Source: the human T2T-CHM13v2.0 reference genome, Homo sapiens. Taken from it: DNA of 64,000 bases. Location: the NCBI RefSeq assembly GCF_009914755.1, contig NC_060928.1, one strand, 5' to 3'. Below, in pieces: positions 15,985 to 30,695 of this stretch; the first letter of the stretch is position 1; each line of letters begins with the position of its first letter. A model generated the notes under the pieces. The model was not told the origin of the DNA. It did not search any database and saw only the letters and a list, made by a program, of their open reading frames with translations. A program made the position numbers and the translations under genes.

Positions 15985-16392
15985 TGCTCCAAAAAGTGGA
16001 AACAATCTGAAGGTCCATCAACTGATGAACAGATTAAAAAATGTGGCATATCTATACCATGGAATATTATTCAGCCATAAAAAGGAAGTATTGATTCCAG
16101 TTGCAACATGGATGAACCACGGTCACATAATGATTCCATTTATATAAAATGTCTAGAATAGGTAAATCCATAGAGATAAAAAAAATGTAAGTAGTTGCCA
16201 GGGTCTGGTAGGGAAGGTGTGGAGAAACAGGGAGTGATTGCCAATGGATATGGGGCTTCTCTATTGGATGATATGAATGTCGGGCATCAGATAGTGGTGA
16301 CATCTGCATAATTCAGTGAATATACTAAAAAACTACTGAATTGTACACTTTAAAAGAGTTAACTTTTATGGTATGTGAATTATATGTCAAAG
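15985..16392 (+). mobile_element. Old L1MB-type 3' fragment
   Basis: ggaaacaa...tccatcaactgatgaa...ggaatattattcagccataaaaagga...tatgtgaattata. Confidence 0.75.
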
Positions 16393-16624
16393 CCAAACAA
16401 GCAAGCAACAAACTAACTCACTGTAATTCTCCTGGCCTCCAGGGTCAATATTCTACACTTTAATTAAATATTCTTACCATGCTCATTCCACAGCCTAGAC
16501 ATTGAAAAGTATTTACTGTTGTAATTTACTGAGCAATTAAAAAAGGAGATTAAAATCTTAGCTAGAATATGAAACCACTGCCTTCTTTGTAATACTCACC
16601 TCGCTTATGCCACAAGCTCTTGGT

Positions 16625-17050
16625 AATTCATTCACAATTTGCTGAGTGCCTACTACAAGCTACGCACTGTTCTAAGCACTGTGAATGCAACGAAACTACT
16701 AATTACCTGCCCATCTGAAGCTTCAATTTTAAAAGAGTTTTGAGAAAGATCATACAAAAGAAACAAACATATCAAAACTTGATTGACAAGTACCATGAAG
16801 ACATACAGGCTGACAAGGGAATAGAGCCTAGGAGCAGTGGGGGCAGGTGGTGGCTGCTCTTTTGGACAGGATGATCGGGGAAGGCTTCTTGAGCACAGAC
16901 CTGAGGCATCGGAGGGGAGAGAGCCAATTCGAATATCTGTGAAGAATGGGGAACAATTTGGAGGTGGAGGATTTTGTTCTAAGTATGCTAAATCTTTATG
17001 GAATTCTGAGGAGGGAAGCACCTGGCCTGATTCATGTTCTGCAGGGATCA
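16625..17050 (-). repeat. L2 fragment
   Basis: attcattcac...tttgctgagtgcctactacaag...gttctaagcact, the reverse of an L2 3' end. Confidence 0.65.
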
Positions 17051-17877
17051 CTCTGGCTACCTATGGAGAGGAGATCATCAGTGGGCAGCAGCAGGCAGCA
17101 CTCTCTTCTGTTGGCAACCATTAATTGATAGACGTAGGTATGGCCTGTACTTATAAAGGACTGACAATTCCTTGGGTGTACTCTGTGTTGTGTTTTTGAT
17201 TACCGTAGTATTGAAGCAGGCACGCTGAATGGTTGGTGTCTTCCCGAGGATCTCAAGGCAAAGTCGGCTCCAAGACAGAGCAGCACCAGCTTAAGAATCA
17301 CAGGGATCTCTTTTCTAAAGTAGCTATTTAATGACTTTTATGTGTATAGGAAATGCACCATGATCCTCTTTCTCCAAACCGAGAGAATAAAATCACTTCC
17401 CTCAAAATGAGCAGAGTAAAAGCTAACACTCCAAGATGAACATAAAAACATATTAAAAACCTCATCCAAAACATTGGCTCAAGTATACTTCAAAATACCA
17501 GCATGTCTGATTAAGTTCAGTATAAAGGGCTTGATACAAGCCTCATAGGTATAATAAATAGGCTACATAAAATATTAGCACTTATTGTCCTCAAACTATA
17601 CATCAACAGAGGGAAAAAAAGCCCTAAAATTTAACTCTCTGCAAGTTTGGAAAACATGAGAAGTAAAGAAGAAAGGCTTTGCATATATTAAATCACTTTG
17701 CTCCCAAAGGAATAATAAAAATCTTCAAAGTGTGTACAATTTTTGGGTGCATGCATTTTAGGTTAAGAGAAATATCATACAATGAAACTGCTATACTTTT
17801 AAACATACATTGACAATGAGTTATTTTTCTAAAAAAGTAAAAAGTCATCTCTTTGCATTCATATCCCTTCTACTTAC

Positions 17878-17956
17878 CATACTGAAGGGCTTTTAGTGGA
17901 AACCAAAACAGAATAACTGAGTGGAAGAGGCCATTTAAACAATGAACCCAGAAAAC
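17878..17956 (-). CDS. ATP8A1: ATP8A1 coding exon (79 nt), [26 protein letters not shown](G)
   Basis: cctcag|GTT and TATG|gtaag; phase-1 end is consistent with the next exon. Confidence 0.96.
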
Positions 17957-20900
17957 CTGAGGGAAAACAAAAATCCATGAGAACCATTTGCGATAAACTA
18001 GCTCTGTGAACTCTGACCTTTCTTTTTATCTATGAGCTAGATTCACAAAATGTGTTTCTGTCGGGCCACCACTGTGAATTAATAGAACTGACAGACACTT
18101 TCTGCCTCTTAGACTTTCATGGGTCATTTATTTATTTTTATGTTTCTCAAAATGTTTTTTCAGCTTCACTTGAATTTTTTTTTCTGCTTCTCAAAAACCA
18201 AATTTAAATTTCTGCCTGAAAAAGAAAATAAAATTTAAAATAAAAAAATGCAGAATTCTGAAATTCCTTAAGTGGGACTATTTTCATAATTCCAGAAGAA
18301 TAGACTTTTAAAAGATTATAATTTGGGGAAATCCCTTTATATTCCCCACATATAACTGTAAGCTTTCCAATGCTAAAGATGTAATGCTTTCTCTTATCAA
18401 GAGATATAAAGATACTCTATACTATTCTCTGCAGGGTATCAAGATATATACTCGTTATAGCCAGTATTATATAATCATACAAATAAAGCACTGTGACTAT
18501 GACTTTACTAAAGGCTTTCACAATTTAACAGTGTTAATACCAAGTTTTGTATAATTATAACATCATATAATAGTTACTACTTTTTATATCTATTGTATTT
18601 TAAGAACAAGAGAGCAAGCGTCACTGGTACTTTCTTTGTAACATGGATGTGAAAGATTAAGTTATAGAAAAACTGTTTAGAATTCTTATGGCCCCTCTGA
18701 ACAGTTGTAGTTTTGTCATTTAAAAGTGCTTCTTGCAAACAAAACTTATGCTAAATAAAACTGGCATGTATTAATAGTTTTAAGCTGTTCAAACAACAGA
18801 AATTAAGTTGCCTGCCTCCCAAAATTTTCCACTGTGAGCTCAATCTCTTTTGTTAGTTCTCCCAGCCACACTGGATTGTATGATCCAATTTACGCTCCAA
18901 TACATTACACATTTGAACTTGTGTTACTCATTAACCTTTGTCTCTTCTCCTCACTGTGTCATTACCACAAGTTTTTATTTGACAGAAAGCACAGGTGGGT
19001 GCAAGAAAAATTAGTTCTACTTTTCCATTTTCCTGACTGATACTTATTGTCACATGCTAATCCTTTAACCCCTGTCACGACCTCAGAACCTCCGACCCTT
19101 TTTACCATAACAAACATAAGCATCATCATTCAGGGCAACAATGCTCCCGCACTTGGAACCCCCAGCAACTGCTGTGTATACAACTGTGCATTTTGTAGCC
19201 ATTTGTCCCTGAATTTTCAAACACTTATATGAGATTGAATCAAATACTTTTCACTGAAATCACTAGAAAAATCCATAAACCCTGTAAAACAGGGTTGGCA
19301 ACTCGTGTATAAAAACTATAAACACTCAAATGGGTATAGAAATTGTATAACCCATTTGGGTTGATCTGATGACTTGTCTGAACTCCTGGGCTCTACAGAT
19401 AATGAAAAGACTTTTTTCAACAATAAAAGATACGAGGAATGATGCTCCCACATTAAAACAATATACTACCCGCTATACCCTTTTCCTGGCCACAAAAATG
19501 TGTCCAAGTTGCCATGTACAGAAGAATGTGCCTTTGCAGGAATGATTTGGGGTAATTCTGTGAGGATCAATTTATGTTTTTAAGCAAGAATGGCATGGCC
19601 AAATTTGTGGTTAGAGGCTAAATTCAGAGACAGTACCATGGAGCCCACACTATGGTAGACGAGGCCTGTGGCTGAGGTTGGTTGGTGAGAATTATTGTTA
19701 GTATACCAACCAGTAGGCCTGGAACTTCCCCAGCTCTCAGATCACTTTTTCAGGGGAACCAGAGGCCATAGTCTGATTGTGGCTTGCCATCATTTGTGAA
19801 TGCTCACCATAGGTAATGAAAAACATTACAGCAATGTGATGAAATTTAATACAAACTGGGCATCACAAATAAATTTAAAAATCTAGAAGTAAAAGATTTA
19901 AAAATGAAAGCAGAGATAACTGCACATTAATAGTATTAGTTTTAAGAGAGTCCACTAAAAATACTTTTCAGAACCAATGGCATAAGTTAAAGAATCCTTC
20001 AGTCTGTCTGTCCTGAGCTAACCAAATTCATTTATTTAAAACAGTGCCACCAAGTTGTATGCATGTGTACAGCTGGATACATAGGCACGCTGTGTTCGTG
20101 AAGATCACGTCTCAGAAGAATAATGTCTTGCCCATAAACCTAGCACTATCGTTTATGCTGTGAGGTTAGAGGCACCAAAACACCTGTTTCACTTTATTCT
20201 CTTGGCATATGGAAAATGCCATTGAAAAGCTTTATGAATTCCTAAATATTTAAAATATCCTACATTAACTGTCCTGAATTCAAGATTCTGAGTTAAGGTT
20301 ACATCTAATTATCAGTAACATGCTAATAAACATGCACTATATTAAACAAAAACAATTCTGTGAAAGTGTATTTTATTTGTTGCTTTCATAACACTAATAT
20401 ACAAATGTTAGTTTCAAAATGACACCTAACTTGATTGTTGTAATATTAAATTTTTTCCTCCTCACTCACATTAAACAAGAAATTGAATTATTAACAAATA
20501 CCAATGGAAACACTTTAGAATATATACTTGCAGGAAAGTAAACTATATAGAAAATGAGGTGTGTGTGTGTGTGTGTCTGGGATAAATACTATTGGATCAC
20601 ACCCAGAATGTGATTTTAGATAAACTGTTGGATATTTTATCTTGTATTTTTAATTTTAGAGCTTGGAAATACTGAGTACTATTTCCCAGAGACTGTAATT
20701 TTAATGCCTGACACAATCAATCTAAAATTCTAATGAGGACAAAGTTATTTCACAAAATGGAAAATCAGTTAAGGAACAATAAAATACCTCTCTCACTCCT
20801 TTACACACATAAAGCCAGTCCTTACCAGTCCTAGATGACTAACCCCTGTGAGGAGTGAGCATGTCACCACAACACTGCAAAGACAGAAGGCCAGAGAACC

Positions 20901-21193
20901 AAAAGGACAATGATTTTTATACGTCAGGCCAGCTTTATTGCTGCCTTACAAACCCAAGTGAATTTGGTTACATTTTAATAATAAAACACACAAAAAACCC
21001 CAAACTCAACCAACCAACAAAAAACCTTCTCTGCCTGTATCAGAACCTTAAGAAATATGACTTGCCATAGTCGGTACCCTGGAGTTGTCTCAGGCTAGTG
21101 TATCCTTGGCCTTTGAAAACCACATACCCCATATAATGAGGGCAGTAAACACAGACCCACCAAACATGTCCCAGCCAGGGCACTGTGTCCTAC

Positions 21194-21316
21194 CTTGGTG
21201 TTGAAGTCCAGGGCATTCTGAGATGTTTTGTATAATTCAGGGTACTTCAACATGTTCTCTTTTCTGCATGATCTCTCAAATATTCCAAGAGTTAAAGGAG
21301 GCATTGCTGTAAACAT
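21194..21316 (-). CDS. ATP8A1: ATP8A1 coding exon (123 nt), [41 protein letters not shown]
   Basis: ctttag|ATG and AAG|gtagga; matches the start of ORF 21095..21316. Confidence 0.97.
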
Positions 21317-21340
21317 CTAAAGCGCACAAACTGGTCATTA

Positions 21341-21496
<156 letters not shown>

Positions 21497-24400
21497 CTAG
21501 GAAAAAAAACCCAAAACCCCCAAATTAGAATACAAAAGCATAAATGCATTGCTTAGAATCTGTTGTATACTCAACTGCTGCATAATAGCAGCATTAACAT
21601 ATTATACTCATGACTCTTTTGAAAATGACATTTCTTTGGTTTACTTTCTGATTGAAAGAGATGCTTTCATAGGGTATTTGTTATTTATGTCAGAATTGGT
21701 CCTGCTTGCTGAATCAAAAAAGAAATATATGAACAGGCAATCACGATTTAAAAATGAGAAATAATCTTGTTTTTCTTAACGGTACTTTCAGAGAATATAT
21801 TTATATGCCATTAAATTTTTACAGCTTCAATTCCCTTTTAAAATATCAGGATTGTAGTTATTTAAAGATTGTTTTTTAAAATTATAAAAGTAACACTTGT
21901 TTATTTAGGAAATAGTTTCCTGCAATAGTACAATCACCATTTTTGTCTGCACTGGTTGTATAGTTCATTCAAATTCACAAATTTACCTTACTGGAAACCT
22001 GCATATAGAGAGTGTCATACTCTGCTCCACCCCCTTAATATTATGTAATATGCATTTTCTTAAGTTGTCACATATCCTTTAAAATGATGTTAATGGATAT
22101 GTAACCTCTACAATGTGGATGTAACTATTTTGGACATTTAGCTGGCTTCCAGTTGTTTGCTATTATAAATAACTCTAAACTGAAACCATATATCTCTCTT
22201 TTTTCCTTAGGGTGAATTCTTAAGGTGGAATAGGTCAAAGTACATGAGTCTTCTTAATAGTTCTTGATAACCACTGCCAATGGAATCTTAAATTTGAGTT
22301 TATATATTAAAATATTTTAACTTAAATTTTATTCATTGATAAAATCCCATCTTGACTAGAGCATAATGTTCTTATATATTTTACAATTCTCTTTAAAACA
22401 GAAATCTTAACTTTGGAAACAAAATTAAGGGACAATATGGACAAATTTTTCTCTAGCATGTTTAAAACATAAGAAAAATTAAAGTGACAATTAGTAAACA
22501 ATAGTACCTACGTTATTGCTTTTAAAAAGCAGACCTGAAGTATAATTAAAAATCAAATATCAAATGGATCTGGGAGAGTACAAAGGCTGGTCCAGCAATG
22601 AGATTACATAAGCACAAATACAAAAACAAAACCTAACAACACCGACAACTACAAAACTGTTAGAGGAGAGCGGTCTTGACATGCGGCTCAACTGAATTTT
22701 TGAATCAGAGTTGCAGGGAATTTGCTACACTTCACGTTTCATTTAACCTCATTATGGAAGCATGAATTACTACAAATTCACCATTTATCAATATATACCC
22801 AGGCTGGCCTCCCTATGAACAGGTTCTGTAGCCACACTGATCTTCCTTTTTACAGTGGAAAGGAATGATTGAGCATGTATAAAAACTAATGTCTGCTTTA
22901 TGAGATGGAAAAGAAAACAAAGTAGCAATAGCACATTAAAAATAAGTCCAAATTGTGTTAGAGCTGTAACACATATTAACCACAACAAAAGCAGAGAAAT
23001 CAGAGTCAAATCTGAAATTCTTACTTGCTTTGCTACACATATTTATGGAAAATTTTTGATAATTTGCCCTAAACAAACAGCCAGATCATTGATGCATGCA
23101 AACTTTAAAAGAACTGAGCATCTTCACATGAAGTGAAGTTTATTCTTTCCTGGTGAGTATACACAAATTGACAAAACAGACATTAATGCTCTCTATTGTG
23201 TTTTCACATTTGGCCTGAGATGTGGATTATGTAAATACATATTTGGGATACTCAGAGTGATGGGGCTATTTTCCATGAAGGCAACTGTGATCTATTGTAG
23301 TAATTCATTCTAAAAAGCTCTTTCAGATTTCTTAAGGTATGATGGAAATATAAGGAATTTCAAAACAAACTTCCAATTATGGCCTCTCTAATCTATGAAG
23401 ACACAGTCTAACCTTTGTTGGTCTGAAGAAAGCCGAAGCGCTCTGCATACCAAATTCGTCTAACGGACAAGATTTGGCTCAAAAGTTGTAGTTCTAAATG
23501 CATTTGCAATCATCAATACCGTACAATGAGAAGTTTATGTTAGTAAGTTTATATGTGGGCAAACATTAGTAAATACGAATGGTCCCCTAGCTTCTGTGTA
23601 CCTAATATTTGGTGCTGATTCAAAGGCTACTACGAGCTTGAAATTTAAGATTCTCCCTCAAATCAATATTTACAGTAAGTTTCAAATTTGAAATAATTTG
23701 CAAGTAAACTAACATGTTTGTTTCCAAAGTGTATTTTAAAATGCATGACCTGCTTTATACTTTACGACAATTTTTAAGTGGAAAGGTATCAACACATTTT
23801 TATCATTTTATTTTTCCTACTGAAAGGTAGGTGAACATGTTTTTAGAAAATGTATTTCCTGGATTTTTAAGGGTTAACATTTTAATTTATTTTTAAAGAA
23901 GAAATGACTAGGTAAGAACAGAAACTTTCAATAGAGTACCTTAGATTTTCACTCTAATATTTTAATATTCAAGTTTACATATCTTAAAGGAGAAAGAGAA
24001 GGTCTTTAACAGTGAAGTAGCCTACCAGCAGGCCGATTTCAAGTTAGGCTGAGATTGTAGTTAATATTAGGAACATATCCCGTGCAAAATAAAACAACAT
24101 CTAAATTATCCCAAACACATAAAAGTACCTCCTCTAATTCAACCAGAGCCACAGATTCAGAAAGAAAACACCGGTCCCTCGGGGGAGGTGTCTAGTTTAT
24201 TTAAATTCACAGGGAATTCAACTCCCAGCACCACTTGCTGGGACAGTATCACCTTATTGACTTTTATCAAAGCTTCTGGAAATTAGAAACACAACTTGGT
24301 TTTGAGATCTTCCCAGAAAACTTGGATGTGACCAATCATTTGAAAGGAAAGGTCTTATTTTATGAGGAAGGAGTCAGACATATCAGAGAAATAAAAAAAA

Positions 24401-25674
24401 ATCTCTCTTTAAAAGGAGCCAATAATTTAAATGAACACCTAGAGCTGCTCCTGGGCAGCTCCTGTAAGAAAGAGCTTTATACCACCATCTGCCAAATCTG
24501 TATTCGTCTGGCTGTAATTTACAGCAATGGAATATCTAGATAGTGACTTTCCTAAGCAATATAGCAAGGAGAAAAGCAGTGTTTGTAGTTTTAAATCTAT
24601 AAAACACATAGTGTTCAAGACTATTCCTTTATTAGCATAGAAATTTCAGACCTGCTTCTCCTGGCATTATTTTCTAAATTCCACCTCCCAGTAGAGGCGT
24701 GGCAGCTAAAGCTTCACATTCATTTTCCTGATGGAGCATTTCTGCATATTAAACAGCAGCTTACAAACAGTCAATGAGTCCTCTGCTCCCACGCCTGATC
24801 AGCACAAAAAACTGAAAGGAGAGATTCGAGACTGGCAGTTGTCCTCACTAGAGACATTCAATGATGTGTTTTCTGTCTATTCATTCACAGTATTGACATG
24901 AGCCATTAACATCTGCAGAACTTGTTTTAGCTGGCAAAAGTTGGGTATCTGGGAATTGATTTAAAAGGTCATTACCAAGACAGTTGAATCATATTCAAAA
25001 TACATTTCCACAAACTCTTGAGAAAAATAAAAATGAGATTTCCAGTAAAGTTTAGAACTCACTTCCTTTTCACTGTGTAAAGAATTTGATCAGTGTCAAA
25101 TATCTCATGAACAGGTTTTAAAATCAAAGGCAAGTGAAGTTTAGGGTTAATCAACCACAAATCACATAATTCTGGGTTTGAAACAGGACAGGGCATGAAG
25201 ATTGTTTTCATTTGATTTTAATGTTTTTATTTTCTCATTAGTACATAAATTTTGTCTACTTTATTGCTGTCAATTTAGATTTAAAAAGCGACAAGTTGGA
25301 CATTCTTATTTTATAAAATTAACTTTTTATAAGCAGATTTATTGCTGGCAGTGGCTTTAAATTCCTGGTATCTTGATAAATCTATGTAAATAAACTGTAT
25401 AAATTGTTATTTGCTTGAATGTCAGTGTTCTGGAATGAGAAGAACATATAAATAGAAAAGCTAGATATATAGAAGGGATTGAGAATAGAAAAATAATTAC
25501 TTTAGAAAAGAACTACACATTTATATAAACAACAAAGAATATTTTTTTGAATCTTATAAACTATTTTAGAAGTGCATTTTGCTTCAAAACACACACTATT
25601 CCAGACCAAATCTAGCAGTAATGAACGAGTAAGTTCATTTACGTATCTTGTTTATATTTCCACATATTAGGTTA

Positions 25675-25987
<313 letters not shown>

Positions 25988-26262
25988 TGTATTAGGTTAT
26001 TTTATCTAATAGGTTGTAACCTTTTTAGTGACCATTACACCAAACTGCCTGTACACTTCAAAACTAAGTTTCAATTTTACTAGCCTGACTCATAATAAGA
26101 ACTATGCTCAGTCAACATTTAACAAGGAGATAAGCATTCTGACAGAGGCACAAAGAACAGGTGAAGCAAATATACACCAGCCCCCAACGAAAGTGTCAAC
26201 GTACTGACTTTGTTTATACTGTTACTTCTCAGAGTAAAGGATAGAATATGATTTCCATATAG

Positions 26263-26581
<319 letters not shown>

Positions 26582-26909
26582 TGGCTGTATCTTTTTTGAC
26601 AGACGTGTAGAAACAGTCAACAGATTAAATGGTAAAGTGGCAGAAACAAACATCTATCTGTAAGGGAACCCTCAGCAGATTTATGAGACCATGGTGGGTC
26701 CTTGACAGGAGTGGGAGAATGAGGTTTTCTTAACAATGGGAAGGCCATTGTCATGATCTGCAGAGCTCCAACAGGGACATGAAACTGATAACACCTAGAA
26801 TTACTACACATATAGCTTCTGACAATAAGAAGGCAACTTTTTAAAAAAAGGCAAATAACATATTTATCATGCCTTGATTAACCATTCAGTTCACTTATTT
26901 ATCTACCAC

Positions 26910-27196
26910 TGCTGTGCTGCCCAGCATGGTAGAGACTGGCCACACGTGCTCTTGAACACTTAAATGTGATTAGTCCAAATTGAGACGTGGTATAAATGTA
27001 AAATATACTCCAGATTTTGAAAACTTAGGATGAAGGATGTAAAATGTCTCATTAATAATTTTTGACAGTGATTACAGGTGACAATGATAATCTTTTGAAT
27101 ACATTGAGCTAGATAAAATATACTGAGATCAATTTTTTCTTTTTTTTTTTTTTTTTTTGCTTTTTGCTAATGTGGCTTGCATTGTATTTCTGTTGG
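26910..27196 (-). mobile_element. MER33-like hAT-Charlie relic abutting the THE1B insertion site
   Basis: tagtccaaattgagac...gtaaaatatactccagattttga...aatgtctcattaataatt. Confidence 0.7.
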
Positions 27197-27200
27197 CAAG

Positions 27201-29450
27201 TGATATGGTTTGGCTGTGTCCCCAGCCAAATCTCATCTTGAATTCCCATGTGTTGTGGGAGGGACTGGTGGGAGGTAATTGAGTCATGGGGCCAAGTCTT
27301 TCCAATGCTGTTCTTGTGATAGTGAATAAGTCTCAAGAGATTTGATGGTTTTGAAAAGGGGAGTTCCCCTGCACAAGTTCTCTTGCTTTGCCTGCTGCCA
27401 CCCATGTAAGACGTGACTTGTTCCTCCTTGCCTTCCGTCATGATTGTGAGGCATCCCCAGCCATGTGGAACTGTAAGTCCATTAAACCTCTTTCTTTTGT
27501 AAATTGCCCAGTTTTGGGTATGTCTTCATCAGCAGCGTGAGAACAGACTAATACAATAAATTGGTACCAGTAGAGTGGGGTGCTGCTGAAAAGATACCCA
27601 AAAACATGGAGGTGACTTTGGAACTGGGTAACAGGCAGAGGTTGGAAGAGTTTGGAGAGCTCATAAAAAGACAAGAAAACGTGCGAAAGTTTGGAACTCC
27701 CTAGAGACTTGTTGAATGGCTTTGACCAAAATGCTGATAATGCTATGGACAATAAGATCCAGGCTGAGGTGGTTTCAGATGGAGATGAAGAATTTGCTGG
27801 TAACTGGAGCAAAGGCGACTCTTGGTATGTTTTAGCAAAGAGACTGGCAGCATTTTGCCCCTTCCCTAGAGATCTGTGGAACTTTGAACTTGAGAGAGAT
27901 GATTTAGAGTATCTGGTGGAAGAAGTTTCTAAGCAGCAAAGCATTCAAGAGGTGACTTGGGTGCTGTTAAAGGCATTCAGTTTTGTAAGGGAAGCAGAGC
28001 ATAAAAGTTCAAAAAATTTGCAGCCTGACAATGCAATAGAAAAGAAAAATCTCATTTTCTGAGGAGAAATGGAAGCAGGCTGCAGAAATTCGCCTAAGTA
28101 ATGAGAAGCCAAATGTTAATCCTCAAGACAACGGGGAAAATGTCTCCAGGGTATGTCAGAGTTTTCATGGCAGCCCCTTCCATCACAGGCCCAGAGGCCT
28201 ACAAGGAAAAAGTGGTTTTCTGGGCCAGGCCCAGGGTACACTCGTGCTGTGTGCAGCCAAGAGACTTGGTGCTCTGCATCCCAGTCGCTCCAGACATGGC
28301 TGAAAGGGGCCAACATAGAGTTCGGGCAGTGGCTTCACAGGGTGCAAGCCCCAAGCCTTGGCAGCTTCCATGTGGTGTTGAGCCTGAGAGTGCACAAAAG
28401 TCAAGAACTGGGGTTTGGGAACCTCTGCCTAGATTTCTGAAGATGTATGGAAATGCCTGGATGCCCAGGCATAAGTTTGCTGCAGGGGCAGGGCTCTCAT
28501 GGCGAACCACTGTTAGGGCAGTGGAGAAGGAAAATGTGAGGTCAGAGCCCCCACACAGAGTTCCCCCTGGGGCACCACCTAGTGGAGCTGTGAGAAGAGG
28601 GCCACTGTCCTCCAGACCTCAGAATGGTAGATCCACTGACTGCATTGTGCACCTGATGCCAGCCTGTGAAGGCAGCTGGGAGGGAGGCTGTATCCTGTAA
28701 AGCCACGGGGCAGAGCGGCCCAAGACCATGGGACCCTACCTCTTGCATGCTTGACCTGGATGTGAGACGTGGAGTCAAAGGAGATCATTTTGGAGCTTTA
28801 AGGTTTTACTGCCCTGCTGGATTTCGGACTTGCCTGGGGCCTGTGGTCCCTTTATTTTGGCCAGTTTCTCTCACTTGGAGTAGCTGTATTTACCCATTGC
28901 TTGTACATCCATTGGATCTAGGAAGTAACTAACTTGCTTTTGATTTTACAGGCTCATAGGCGGAAGGGACTTGCCTTGTCTCAGATGAGACTTTGGACTG
29001 TGGACTTCTGAACTAATGCTGAAATGAGTTAAGACTTTAGGGTATTGTTGGGAAGGAATGATTGGTTTGGAAATGTGAAGACATGAGATTTGGAAGGGGC
29101 CAGGGGCAGAATGATATGGTTTGGCTCAAATCTCATCTTGAATTCCCATGTGTTGTGGGAGGGACCCAGTGGGAGGTAATTGAATCATGGGGGCAAGTCT
29201 TTCCTGTGATGTTCTCGTGATAGTGAATAACCATCTTGAGATCTGATGGTTTTATAAAGAGGAGTTCCCCTGCACAAGCTCTCTTTGCCCACTGCCATCC
29301 ATGTAAGATGCGACTCGCTCCTCCTTGCCTTCCTCCATGATTGTGAGGCCTCCCCAGCCATGTGGAACTGTAAGTCCATTAAACCTCTTCCTTTTGTAAA
29401 TTGCCCAGCCTTGGGTATGTCTTTATCCACAGTGTGAGAACAGTAATACA
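27201..29450 (+). mobile_element. Full-length THE1B (ERVL-MaLR) provirus: 5'LTR 27201-27555, internal 27556-29111, 3'LTR 29112-29450
   Basis: Both LTRs run TGATATGGTTTGGCT...TAATACA; perfect 5-bp TSD GCAAG (27196-27200 and 29451-29455); MaLR ORF remnant LPRDLLNGFDQNAD...RLAAFCP. Confidence 0.95.
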
Positions 29451-30161
29451 GCAAGTTCCTGGAGGACAGGAACCATGCTTGATTTACTTTGTAGTTGTTG
29501 GACTAAGCCTGGTGTCTGGGCTCAGTAGGTGCTACAAAATTGTTTACAGAACAAAATGCATCCTTTTAAAAGTGGTATTCCTGACTCAGGTTTTCATTTT
29601 TAAAATGATGTTATGTTTGACACATAAAACGGATTATAGAAATCCCTTGCTATCCAGACAGAAACTAAATATTCTGATAATTTTTAGACAAATTTTTCGT
29701 CATCTGAACTCTTGCTACTCACCAAATACGGAAACAAAAACAGATCTGGATAGAGAGGGATGCTTGTATGTAACAAAGATCTAAGTTTTGAAACATAATA
29801 GGAACAACAAGGCAACAATACCAGCAAAGCTACCTGCATATTCTTCCTGATTGCACTTCTTTGTCTCCTCCCAGAATTAGAGGTGCTAGCTTCAGTTGAT
29901 GTTTCTCATTCCCTCACCTTTTTTAAAAAATAGCTTTTCTACATGTGTGTTATCCCTCCATGGTGTATTGCTTTCTTTTGCATGTTTTTGAGCTTTATTA
30001 AAAATGCAGTCAAGTTTATAGACTTTTATACATTATTAATAATGTATTTTTTACATTAAATACATTATTATCTCATTAGCAACTCTAATTCAACACTTCT
30101 TATCAAAGCAACATAACATTTTTAGCTAGAATTTAAACATAATTCTCCATGGCTGACAAAC

Positions 30162-30440
30162 TTTTTTTTTTTTTTTTTGAGGTGGAGTCTCACTCTGTTG
30201 CCCAGGCTGGAGGACAGTGGCACAATCTCAGCTCACCACAACCTCTGCCTCCTGGGTTCAAGTGATTCTCCTGCCTTAGCCTCCTAGTAGCTGGAATTAC
30301 AGGTGCCTGCTACCACGCCTGGCTAATTTTTGTATTTTTAGTAGAGACGAGGTTTCACCATGTTGGCTAAGCTGGTCTCGAACTCCCGACCTCAAGTGAT
30401 CCGCCTATCTCGGCCTCCCAGAGTGCTGGGATTACAGGCC
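30162..30440 (-). repeat. AluS, about 20 nt missing at its 5' end
   Basis: Reverse dimer ending ...gattacaggcc. Confidence 0.92.
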
Positions 30441-30584
30441 ACCTTTTTGTTTTAATACATTTAGAATTTATAAAGAGTTGGCAAATAAAATATTAATTAA
30501 AACCATGAGAAAACGTCTTCATAAAGAAAATTTCTTTAAATATGTATGCAAATGACAAGGATTTAAAATTTAACCTGCTATTAC

Positions 30585-30695
30585 CTCGATAATATAGAGC
30601 ACTATATTCTTGTAGAAGCAGTATAAGATGCACTTGGAGACTCTGTTATAGTTCCAGGCACCATGAATCATCAGTAAATTCTTCAAATATTTGAA
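30585..30695 (-). CDS. ATP8A1: ATP8A1 coding exon (111 nt), [37 protein letters not shown] (TM5)
   Basis: ttttag|TTC and GAG|gtaa; conserved P4-ATPase YCFYKN motif; not in the ORF track, read by hand. Confidence 0.97.

Noticed and set aside
22600-25100. Repeat-poor intronic stretch with scattered CpGs and a weak hairpin near 23450-23478; possible enhancer or extra exon
   Set aside because: No P4-ATPase-like coding signal or convincing splice-site pair; conservation cannot be judged from this sequence alone
27438-28932. Longest ORFs in the window (168-199 aa)
   Set aside because: Broken remnants or off-frame readings of the THE1 internal region, interrupted by stops and frameshifts
29348-29361. 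PRDM9 hotspot motif in the THE1B LTRs
   Set aside because: The 3' LTR reads CCTCCCCAGCCAT and the 5' LTR CATCCCCAGCCAT; neither has the hotspot-associated CCTCCCTNNCCAC form
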